Shown in pieces: positions 1 to 6,128 of a DNA stretch of 58,431 nucleotides (positions are counted from its first letter, which is position 1; every line of letters starts with the position of its first letter). The DNA lies in IMG/VR virus record IMGVR_UViG_3300035665_000039, positions 1 through 58,431 of that record; one strand, written 5' to 3'. Both the position numbers and the translations under genes were made by a program. The DNA is from a virus. The notes beneath the pieces were generated by a model that ran no database searches, had not been told where the DNA came from, and worked only from the letters and a program-made list of their open reading frames with translations.

Positions 1-127
1 GCTGCTTGGGGAAGAGCACAAACGGCACGACCGTACGCAGGCCTCGCTCGGCCAGGCGCGGATCGAACGTCATGCCCCAGTCGTTGATGAAGTCCGCCGG
101 GTGCCCGGCGTAGTAGTCCTGGAGCCT
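1..127. repeat. Contig-closure overlap, copy 1 (identical to 58305-58431)
   Basis: Read directly: bases 1-127 recur exactly at 58305-58431. This implies a circular or circularly assembled molecule with a unique length of 58,304 bp. Confidence 0.95.
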
Positions 128-226
128 CGCCACGATCTCGGGCTGCTCGCGCATGCGCTGCAAGCGCTCGACGCGGATCTTGAAGATCGCCTCGTAGTCG
201 GGGTTGCGCCAGTCGAAGCCTTCCAT
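1..226 (-). CDS. terL: Terminase large subunit, N-terminal segment (continues from 58431 across the circular junction; 1-127 is the duplicated part)
   Basis: Hand translation from ATG 226-224 gives MEGFDWRNPDYEAIFKIRVERLQRMREQPEIVARLQDYYAGHPADFINDWG with no stop. It is in frame with the MTFDPRLAERG... ORF. There is a TAATG stop/start overlap with the 226-738 gene. Confidence 0.75.
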   Translation of the reverse strand, partial: MEGFDWRNPDYEAIFKIRVERLQRMREQPEIVARLQDYYAGHPADFINDWGMTFDPRLAERGLRTVVPFVLFPKQ

Positions 227-738
227 TACTCGCCCTTGATCAGGCGCTCGTAGGCCTGCTCTGCTGTAAGCGTCAAGTCAGCTTTGATCTCGAGCGCCCG
301 GCCGTTCTTGCCGGTCAGCTCGACCTTGCTGGTGTCGCCGTACTCGCGTGGGTTGATCTTTGCGGCGACCTTCAGGTGGGTGTCGATCGCCACGCGGTAG
401 CCCGAGGCGTCGCCCAGTTGCGCCGAGTCACGGCCGAAGTCGATCGCCCGTTCGATGAAGTGGTGCGAGCGCAGGATTGCTGCGTTCTCGTAGGTCTCGC
501 GCGTCTCCTCCGAGTTCATCAGGATGTCGCGCATGCGCCATCCCTTGATCGGGAACGGCAGGCTGTTGGCGATGCGGTAGAACGACTCGCCCTCGACGTA
601 CCGATCGAAGATCTCGTCGGCCATCGCAAGCACCTTTTCCTTGGCCTCATCGGAGGCTGCGCGCTTGGGTATGTTGTGCGGCGCGACTTGTCGCGGCTTC
701 TTCTGAGTCTGGTTCACCACTTCACCTTGGCGGCCCAA
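226..738 (-). CDS. terS: Terminase small subunit (170 aa; in-frame GTG codons at 720-715 overlapping the upstream stop are alternative starts)
   Basis: Lies immediately upstream of terL with stop/start overlap. The C-terminal GYRVAIDTHLKVAAKINPREYGDTSKVEL resembles the IDTxK...YGD motif I associate with small terminases. Confidence 0.65.
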   Translation of the reverse strand: MGRQGEVVNQTQKKPRQVAPHNIPKRAASDEAKEKVLAMADEIFDRYVEGESFYRIANSLPFPIKGWRMRDILMNSEETRETYENAAILRSHHFIERAIDFGRDSAQLGDASGYRVAIDTHLKVAAKINPREYGDTSKVELTGKNGRALEIKADLTLTAEQAYERLIKGE

Positions 739-968
739 TACGCGGCCGACGTCTTGCCTTTCTGAATGTTCTTGGCGTGCCTCGCCTTGAATGCCTTGTT
801 GCGATCGCTCCCCTCGGGGGAGCCCTTGACGCCCTGCTGGCCGAAGCGGATCAGGCGCGTCTTGCCGTCGACCTTTACCAGCACCGCGTGAGACTTCTCG
901 GGATGTCCGGGCGTGCGCTTGGGGCTGTCATAGCCCGCGAACTGCATGCCCCGGTAGATGATCCCCAT
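714..968 (-). CDS. hypothetical protein (84 aa, MGIIYRGMQFAGYDSPKRTPGHPEKSH...)
   Basis: Internal ATG of the 714-1193 ORF. The upstream part is Arg-rich and overlaps the next gene. Co-oriented and tightly packed. Confidence 0.6.
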   Translation of the reverse strand: MGIIYRGMQFAGYDSPKRTPGHPEKSHAVLVKVDGKTRLIRFGQQGVKGSPEGSDRNKAFKARHAKNIQKGKTSAAYWAAKVKW

Positions 969-970
969 GG

Positions 971-1138
971 CTACTTCTTCGCGGTCTTGGCGGAGTCGCG
1001 AAAGGCCTGCGCGGTCGGTGCGCCTGGGGCGCCTGGCTTGCGCATCTTCTCGCCCGAACCCTCGGCGATTCGCTCGCGCTTGGCGTGAATGTTTGCGTAC
1101 AGGCCCTGGGCCGTCGCACGATTGATCAGGCCTTTCAT
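971..1138 (-). CDS. hypothetical protein (55 aa, MKGLINRATAQGLYANIHAKRERI...)
   Basis: ATG 1138 is preceded by AGGAG (1148-1144) with a 5-nt spacer. First ORF after the 1217-1244 terminator. Confidence 0.55.
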   Translation of the reverse strand: MKGLINRATAQGLYANIHAKRERIAEGSGEKMRKPGAPGAPTAQAFRDSAKTAKK

Positions 1139-1190
1139 GGCATCTCCTGCGGGACTGGACCGCGGCATCTCTCGCCGATCGGGAGACGGG

Positions 1191-1213
1191 CAACCGGGTC
1201 GATCAACCGGGTC
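1191..1213. repeat. Tandem direct repeat CAACCGGGTC-gat-CAACCGGGTC
   Basis: Read directly. Lies in the untranslated stretch between the terminator and the 971-1138 gene. Confidence 0.8.
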
Positions 1214-1216
1214 CAG

Positions 1217-1244
1217 AAAATAAAAAAGCCGGCTGGTAGCCGGC
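1217..1244 (-). terminator. Rho-independent terminator (RNA: GCCGGCU-ACC-AGCCGGC-UUUUUUAUUUU)
   Basis: Perfect 7-bp GC-rich stem (1228-1234 / 1238-1244), 3-nt loop, and a T-tract on the minus strand (1217-1227). Confidence 0.8.
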
Positions 1245-1293
1245 AAACCTCATGTTAAGGAGTCAACTTTTGGGCGCAATTACCCGCGTCAAG

Positions 1294-1321
1294 AATACAT
1301 CATTGTGATATCCGCGGTCAA
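1294..1321 (-). promoter_or_regulatory. Sigma70-like promoter TTGACC-N16-TGTATT with TATCACAATG in the spacer
   Basis: -35 at 1321-1316 overlaps the stop of the 1318-1620 gene. -10 at 1299-1294. Motif at 1310-1301. The terminator follows about 45 nt downstream. Confidence 0.45.
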
Positions 1322-1620
1322 TCGATCTCCAGGTCGATGCGCTCGAGCCCCTTGCGCGTCTGCACTGCAAGGTACCTGACCGCAGTCTGCACGGCTTCGA
1401 CGTTGGTCTTGAATCCCCATTGGTTCTTGATGTAGACGAGCGAGGCTGCGCCGACGTGGTTGAACTTGGCCAGCACCGCGCGACCGCTAGCCCCATTGCG
1501 CCACAGCCGCTGGCGCTCGGCGTTGGTCTTCGCCTCGGCCACGCGCGATCGAAAGCCCATGCGCTTGTCGATCGTCTTGTTCAGCTTTGCAAGGTCCTTG
1601 GGGCTGATGAAGTCAGGCAT
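1318..1620 (-). CDS. hypothetical protein (100 aa, MPDFISPKDLAKLNKTIDKRMGF...)
   Basis: Internal ATG 1620 of the 1318-1644 ORF. Overlaps the upstream stop by 8 nt. Confidence 0.6.
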   Translation of the reverse strand: MPDFISPKDLAKLNKTIDKRMGFRSRVAEAKTNAERQRLWRNGASGRAVLAKFNHVGAASLVYIKNQWGFKTNVEAVQTAVRYLAVQTRKGLERIDLEID

Positions 1621-2260
1621 GCTCGGTCCTGCTGTCGTAATCAAACGACGTCGTGTCTCCCAGCCTCCACTTGGCGGTGTTCTCCACGCGATACTTGGTC
1701 GTGCATACGCGGTAGTCGGCCTGCGACATCACCCTGGGGGCGAGCGACGGGTCAATGAACGTGCATCGGTTGTTCGGCTGCAGTGCGAACTGGCCATTGT
1801 CCAGGCGCAGCACGTTGAAGCTTTTGTGCTCGTCCGGGCTCTCGGCGAAGCCGAAGTCGGGGATGCGCGGATCCGGGTTGCAGTTGTCCAGCGTGAACAT
1901 GTACTCGCCGGGGTGCTTCTCACCGTCCTTGCCGAAGAACTCGCAGCGCAGGCCGGCGAGCAGCGGCTTGTGGATCAGCTCGACGTGGTAGCTCATCGCA
2001 TCCCAGATCTGCAGCATGTCCAAGGGCATGAGCTCGTCATCCTCGATACCTTCGTGCCACACGAAGGCACTAATCGGCAGCTTGTCGAACAAGGCGCCGG
2101 TCTCGGGGATGTAGGTCTCGAAGCGAAACGCCTCACCTCGGATCGACTTCACCGAGCACCACACGCCCTCGACCAGGTCGTTGTAGCCCTGCTTGTGGTC
2201 GTAGAGAAACGACTTGCGGATGAAGACCTTGATGGGCGGAAGCGGGCACACGAAGCTCAT
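1613..2260 (-). CDS. hypothetical protein (215 aa)
   Basis: Long ORF with ordinary amino-acid composition. 4-nt overlap with the 2257-2613 gene. Confidence 0.75.
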   Translation of the reverse strand: MSFVCPLPPIKVFIRKSFLYDHKQGYNDLVEGVWCSVKSIRGEAFRFETYIPETGALFDKLPISAFVWHEGIEDDELMPLDMLQIWDAMSYHVELIHKPLLAGLRCEFFGKDGEKHPGEYMFTLDNCNPDPRIPDFGFAESPDEHKSFNVLRLDNGQFALQPNNRCTFIDPSLAPRVMSQADYRVCTTKYRVENTAKWRLGDTTSFDYDSRTEHA

Positions 2261-2613
2261 AGCTTCACCACACTTCCCCAGATGTTCTGGAGGGCTGCCG
2301 AATCGCTGCGCTGGCGCGCAAGCTTCGTGGCGTCTTTGGTGTGCGTGGAGCGCTCAGGGTATGCGCGCGGCATCTTGACCATTCTCACCTCGATCGGATC
2401 GTCTTCGGTGCGAGGCCTGCCGTAGAAGTACTGGCTGCCCACCCTTGCGTGCGGCTCGACCAAGCCCAGCTTGATCAGCGCGCGAATGTGCTTGCTTGCG
2501 GTCGGGCGCGAGATCGCGAAGTGCTTCGCAATCTGCAGGTTGCTCTGCGGGTTCTTGAGCGACAGGATGCGGTCAAGAACCATCTTCTCCATGTGTGTTG
2601 GCTCTGTTTTCAT
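2257..2613 (-). CDS. Winged-helix (MarR/ArsR-like) DNA-binding protein, paralogue 1 (118 aa)
   Basis: The segment LQIAKHFAISRPTASKHIRALIKLGLVE matches the pattern shared with the 4251-4523 and 4520-4846 products. Confidence 0.65.
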   Translation of the reverse strand: MKTEPTHMEKMVLDRILSLKNPQSNLQIAKHFAISRPTASKHIRALIKLGLVEPHARVGSQYFYGRPRTEDDPIEVRMVKMPRAYPERSTHTKDATKLARQRSDSAALQNIWGSVVKL

Positions 2614-2623
2614 GCTCGTCCTT

Positions 2624-2782
2624 TCAGAATGGAGCGAGGCCGACCGTCTCGGCCTGCTTGCGTTTGCTGACCTTCTTCGGTTGCGGCGGCTTGGCCAGAC
2701 GCCCGTAGGCGTCGTACTGGAACCGGAAGGGGTTGTTGGGGTTGTACTTGGGCCATGGCGGCAGCTTCTCGCTCGGCTGCAT
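2624..2782 (-). CDS. hypothetical protein (52 aa, MQPSEKLPPWPKYNPNNPF...)
   Basis: Internal ATG 2782 with a TAATG overlap with the upstream gene. Confidence 0.5.
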   Translation of the reverse strand: MQPSEKLPPWPKYNPNNPFRFQYDAYGRLAKPPQPKKVSKRKQAETVGLAPF

Positions 2783-2961
2783 TACAGGCTCGGCTTGTAG
2801 GGGATCGTCTGCTCGCCTGCGCGACTCGGGAGCTTCTCGAAGTCGGCCGAGCCTGGCCTGCGCGTGACGCGCTCGGTCTGGTAGGGCCGGAGCGGAAACA
2901 AGGGCGGGAACTGCGTGATCTTCGGTGGCTTGGGGCTTACAGCCGGTTTCTTGATTGCCAT
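2782..2961 (-). CDS. hypothetical protein (59 aa, MAIKKPAVSPKPPKITQF...)
   Basis: ATG 2961 is preceded by GGAG with a 6-nt spacer. First ORF after the 2993-3022 promoter. Confidence 0.5.
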   Translation of the reverse strand: MAIKKPAVSPKPPKITQFPPLFPLRPYQTERVTRRPGSADFEKLPSRAGEQTIPYKPSL

Positions 2962-2992
2962 GGTCGTCTCCATGTGGGTTGATGATGTCGTT

Positions 2993-3022
2993 AGTATAAC
3001 CAATGTGATACTTAGTTGTCAC
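2993..3022 (-). promoter_or_regulatory. Sigma70-like promoter GTGACA-N18-TATACT with TATCACATTG in the spacer
   Basis: -35 at 3022-3017, -10 at 2998-2993. The imperfect palindrome TATCAC-attg-GTTATA overlaps the -10. Overlaps the stop of the 3012-3365 gene. Confidence 0.5.
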
Positions 3023-3365
3023 ATATCCGATCGATGTACGCAGCGAGCAGCGCGCCTGCGCGTTGCAGATTCGCATCGTGCTGATCGGGGCGCCCCATGT
3101 GCTTGCGCTTCCAGCGCTGGAACTCCCAGGTGAGCGACGCGTACTCGGCCGGGTGCTCCTTGCTCAGCCAGTCGATGCCCTCTCTGCAGGCCTTGAGCTC
3201 GAGGCTGCTGTAACCCGTGACCTCTTCGGTCTCAGCCATCTCGGGTAGCAGCCTTGCGAACATCGGACTGACCCTCGGGTAGTCGAGCTCGCGATCGACG
3301 CCAGACCAATCGTCGCTTGCGCACTGGCGTACAAGGTCAATGACCCAATCGGGTAGTTTGCTCAT
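3012..3365 (-). CDS. Possible Q-like antitermination protein (117 aa, MSKLPDWVIDLVRQ...)
   Basis: ATG 3365 after AGGGGAAAA. The segments DWSGVDRELDYPRVSP...ELKACREGIDWLSKEHPAEYASLTWEF loosely recall phage Q proteins (from memory). Sits just upstream of a promoter. Weak assignment. Confidence 0.3.
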   Translation of the reverse strand: MSKLPDWVIDLVRQCASDDWSGVDRELDYPRVSPMFARLLPEMAETEEVTGYSSLELKACREGIDWLSKEHPAEYASLTWEFQRWKRKHMGRPDQHDANLQRAGALLAAYIDRICDN

Positions 3366-3441
3366 TTTTCCCCTGAACTCACTAAGGAAGCGGAAGATAG
3401 GGAAACACTCGGCATTCCGCAAACTGGTACGGTGAAGCTTC

Positions 3442-3457
3442 CATCACAGGCGTGATT
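3442..3457. promoter_or_regulatory. Operator-like palindrome CATCAC-AGGC-GTGATT
   Basis: The ATCAC-N4-GTGAT inverted repeat was read directly. It lies 5 nt upstream of the plus-strand ATG at 3462. Confidence 0.45.
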
Positions 3458-3461
3458 TCGC

Positions 3462-3680
3462 ATGGCTACTACAAAGAACGCGCCCTTGCGCAGAAAGCTC
3501 AAGGCGCCTGCTGGTCGGCGAAAGACGCTGCCCGCAACCGTCCTCCTCGGATGGACGTTCCACGACAGACCGGTGTCCTCGCTACCCATGCGAACGCCCG
3601 AGGCTGTCCAGTCCAGGATCAGGATCTGGCGACGAAAGGGATACCGCGTCGCGACGATCGTGGAGTGGGACTTCATGTAG
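3462..3680 (+). CDS. Small basic protein on the opposite strand (72 aa, MATTKNAPLRRKLKAPAGRRK...)
   Basis: By hand count its third positions are mostly G/C. The overlapping tail of the minus-strand 3582-3815 ORF has low GC3. No clear SD. Confidence 0.45.
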   Translation: MATTKNAPLRRKLKAPAGRRKTLPATVLLGWTFHDRPVSSLPMRTPEAVQSRIRIWRRKGYRVATIVEWDFM

Positions 3681-3815
3681 CCGGCGCTCGATCTCCTCGG
3701 CGAACCGGATCAGGAACGCCGTTGAGTTGGGCATCGACCAGTGCGTGTAGCCGTTGCACGAGAAGTCCATTGCGCCCGAGGCTCGAGCGGCGCTGATGAT
3801 GTCCTCTCGCTTCAT
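3582..3815 (-). CDS. hypothetical protein (77 aa, MKREDIISAARASGAMDFSCNGYTHW...)
   Basis: Internal ATG 3815, ATGA overlap with the upstream gene. The C-terminal about 30 codons look non-coding by GC3. Confidence 0.5.
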   Translation of the reverse strand: MKREDIISAARASGAMDFSCNGYTHWSMPNSTAFLIRFAEEIERRLHEVPLHDRRDAVSLSSPDPDPGLDSLGRSHG

Positions 3816-4000
3816 CGCTTGTGCTCCCTGATGTGGCGGTCGGTCATGGAACGCTCGTACTCGAGCGCGGTCGGTAGTGCCCATCGGCCGCACTTGTGGC
3901 ACTGCCAGTTGATGCAGCCGGTCGGGTCGCGACGGATCGCGCCGCCCCCGTGCGTCCAGTCGCACCATGCGTCTACGAGTTTCTGGAGTAGCCACCTCAT
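3812..4000 (-). CDS. hypothetical Cys-rich protein (62 aa)
   Basis: ORF with overlapping stop/start on both sides. Contains a CxxC...CxxC-type cysteine pattern (CINWQCHKC). Confidence 0.55.
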   Translation of the reverse strand: MRWLLQKLVDAWCDWTHGGGAIRRDPTGCINWQCHKCGRWALPTALEYERSMTDRHIREHKR

Positions 4001-4254
4001 GCCATGTCTCCCGCGGTGAGCTTCCAGTCATCGATCGGCGGCATCTCCGCGGCCGGCCGCTTGGGCAGCAGCAGCTCCTTGATGTGCGCCGGCACCCTCG
4101 GCAGCGGCGCCCAGGCCACGGCCCAGTCTCCCCACGTTCCGATGACGCATACGCCACCGCCATTGAGCAGCAGCATCTTGACGCCCAGCGGTGGCGTGTC
4201 TTCGTGTGGCGTGCGCCACTGCGTGTGTCCTGCGAAATAGTCCTTCATGCTCAT
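3997..4254 (-). CDS. hypothetical protein (85 aa, MSMKDYFAGHTQWRTPHED...)
   Basis: Internal ATG 4254 with an ATGA overlap with the 4251-4523 gene. Confidence 0.55.
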   Translation of the reverse strand: MSMKDYFAGHTQWRTPHEDTPPLGVKMLLLNGGGVCVIGTWGDWAVAWAPLPRVPAHIKELLLPKRPAAEMPPIDDWKLTAGDMA

Positions 4255-4523
4255 AGTCCAAATGGGTTGTGAAAGTCGTACTGTCCTGTCTCCTCGGTCT
4301 TCGGCTTCACGGCGCTGTAGTACAACCTCCATGCGCCTTTCTTGAACCCTGGGCGCTTGTTGTAGAGCCTCTCAGGGTGAACCAGGTTGGCTTTGGCAAG
4401 CCTCCTCATGGACATCCGAATGCCGTCGGTGGACATGTTGAACTTGGCCGCAAGGTCGTAGACAGAGGCGGGGTTACGGCGCTGCTTGAGGTGCTGAAGA
4501 ATCGCTTCTTGTCTTGGGTTCAT
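4251..4523 (-). CDS. Winged-helix DNA-binding protein, paralogue 2 (90 aa)
   Basis: The segment SVYDLAAKFNMSTDGIRMSMRRLAKANLV is similar to the neighbouring 4520-4846 product. ATGA overlap. Confidence 0.6.
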   Translation of the reverse strand: MNPRQEAILQHLKQRRNPASVYDLAAKFNMSTDGIRMSMRRLAKANLVHPERLYNKRPGFKKGAWRLYYSAVKPKTEETGQYDFHNPFGL

Positions 4524-4846
4524 TTCGATGTAGTTTCCTTTGCCTGGTAGTACCAGGCCCACGCGCCTCGCTTGCCGTTTGCCCACTTGAAGCGCAACTC
4601 CCTGGTGATCAGCCCGTGCGCGTCGAGAGCCTTCAGGTGCTTGCGTGCGCCCTCGGTCGTGCAGCCGAAGTGCGCAGACAGATCGCGCAGTGAGCGGGGC
4701 TCGGTCAGGTGCCCGAGGTAGGCGCGCTCGGTCGGTGTCAGTGGCTTCGTCTTGCGGCGCACCTGCCTTACGATCGCCTCGATCTGGTCTAGGTGACGAC
4801 CAAGGCCGACGTTGTTGGCCATGCGCAGGATCTCGGTGCGAGTCAT
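4520..4846 (-). CDS. Winged-helix DNA-binding protein, paralogue 3 (108 aa)
   Basis: Contains SLRDLSAHFGCTTEGARKHLKALDAHGLI. Internal ATG 4846 with an ATGA overlap with the 4843-5160 gene. Confidence 0.6.
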   Translation of the reverse strand: MTRTEILRMANNVGLGRHLDQIEAIVRQVRRKTKPLTPTERAYLGHLTEPRSLRDLSAHFGCTTEGARKHLKALDAHGLITRELRFKWANGKRGAWAWYYQAKETTSK

Positions 4847-5160
4847 TGCTCCACCCCCTGCTTCACCAGGTGGCGCAGCTCGACGGTCCTCGCGCACGAG
4901 CGCAGCGTCGACACGGTCGATCGCTTCATGAGCTCGATTGAGATCGCTACGAAGGTCTCGATCTCGGCGCGCTCTTCATCGCCCCAGCCGATCAGGTCGG
5001 CCACGCACGCTTTGAGCCGCGGATCCTTGAGCCTGGCCACCGCATCGGCGACGTACTCGAGATCCTCGCGCGGCAGCGCTGAGCGCTGACGCAGCAGCTC
5101 GTACATCCGGTCGGCTTGAGCAGCAACGAAGTCGGTGCCAGGCTTTGCTCGGGTCGTCAT
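4843..5160 (-). CDS. hypothetical protein (105 aa)
   Basis: ORF with 4-nt overlaps on both sides. Confidence 0.6.
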   Translation of the reverse strand: MTTRAKPGTDFVAAQADRMYELLRQRSALPREDLEYVADAVARLKDPRLKACVADLIGWGDEERAEIETFVAISIELMKRSTVSTLRSCARTVELRHLVKQGVEQ

Positions 5161-5363
5161 GGCTTGTCGCCCCCCTCGTTCTTGTCCAGCCCGAACTCGC
5201 GCGCCAGCGCTTCAGCACGCTCGCGAAGTTTTGCGGTGAGCTCAACAAGCTCGACCGCGTGCTCGTGCAGCACCTCGAGCTGGACGCGTAGCCGCTCGTG
5301 CGGTGGGGTGCGCTCGACCATGTCGTTGACCAGCACCCGCCTGGCCATCTCGAAGAAGTTCAT
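5157..5363 (-). CDS. hypothetical protein (68 aa, MNFFEMARRVLVNDMVERTPP...)
   Basis: Internal ATG 5363 with an ATGA overlap with rusA. Confidence 0.55.
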   Translation of the reverse strand: MNFFEMARRVLVNDMVERTPPHERLRVQLEVLHEHAVELVELTAKLRERAEALAREFGLDKNEGGDKP

Positions 5364-5779
5364 GCCAGCACCCCCACTTCGAGCATCACGCGGCCTCCAG
5401 GCACCGGCTCGGTCCATTCGAACCGTTCGCGCCGGATGACCTTGCACGAGTCGTCTACCCACAAGCCCGCCAGAGTCAGCGCATCGGCGCATTCCTTGCG
5501 CACGTTGTCGACGTCCCTCGCACGCCTGTCCGGTGGCGCCAGCAGCCAGGAGACCTCCAGAGGCCCTGTAAGCGGCAAACCGGTCAGCATTGACTGGTAG
5601 ACCTCATTGCGGACCATCGAGCGGTACAGCCCCGCTTCTCGCGTCTTGTAGTGCCCGCCGGTCGTCGTGTGCTTGGTCGCGTGATTGCCGGTCGGAGGCC
5701 AAGGCAGCTCCAACGACAGCGTCCGAACCATCCCGGAACCCAGTCCCGTTATTTCTTCTTGTTGATAATGAATTCTCAT
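5360..5779 (-). CDS. rusA: RusA-family Holliday-junction resolvase (start 5779 or 5731)
   Basis: The sequence LELPWPPTGNHATKH...YRSMVRNEV...DVDNVRKECADALTLAGLWVDDS matches the RusA pattern. Confidence 0.75.
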   Translation of the reverse strand: MRIHYQQEEITGLGSGMVRTLSLELPWPPTGNHATKHTTTGGHYKTREAGLYRSMVRNEVYQSMLTGLPLTGPLEVSWLLAPPDRRARDVDNVRKECADALTLAGLWVDDSCKVIRRERFEWTEPVPGGRVMLEVGVLA

Positions 5780-5796
5780 TAGCAATTAGTCCTTTC

Positions 5797-5824
5797 TGTA
5801 TAAGCATTGTGATATTTCAGCCAA
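5797..5824 (-). promoter_or_regulatory. Sigma70-like promoter TTGGCT-N16-TATACA with TATCACAATG in the spacer
   Basis: -35 at 5824-5819, motif at 5814-5805, -10 at 5802-5797. Upstream of rusA. Confidence 0.5.
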
Positions 5825-5851
5825 TCTTTCGAGGCCCTGTTTTTGACGACT

Positions 5852-6072
5852 TCACCCCTCCCTCAGCACTCACCCTCACCCTATATAGGGGTGAGGGTGA
5901 TGAGGGTGAACTGCCCCTCAGGCATTTGTCAGTTTCACCCTCATGTGCATAAGTAGGATAAGTCATTGATTTAATTCCAATTTCACCATAACACTCGTGA
6001 ATCACCCTCAGCTCACCCTCAGGCAAGTGAGGGTGCCTAAAAAATAGTCACCCTCAGGGGGGGTGAGGGTGA
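5852..6072. repeat. Iteron cluster: 9 copies of (T)CACCCTCA / TGAGGGTG(A) around an AT-rich core; putative replication origin
   Basis: Exact 8-mers. Forward copies start at 5871, 5936, 6003, 6014 and 6049. Reverse copies start at 5892, 5901, 6028 and 6064. Three inverted pairs: 5871-5899 around TATA, 6014-6035 and 6049-6071. AT-rich stretch at 5944-6000. Adjacent to the primase-helicase gene. Confidence 0.7.
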
Positions 6073-6128
6073 AAAACCTAGAACGATCCTGCCTATTTTT
6101 TAAGCAAAACTCGACCACCAACACCGCT

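Noticed and set aside
1-127. A genuine phage direct terminal repeat.
   Set aside because: The length equals a common assembler k-mer, and the repeat cuts through the terL coding sequence. Circular closure is the simpler reading, although only the reads can settle it.
5817-6026. A 69-aa minus-strand ORF, and 6008-6274, in the iteron region.
   Set aside because: They are made up of the repeat units themselves and have no SD. The region is better explained as a non-coding origin or regulatory DNA.
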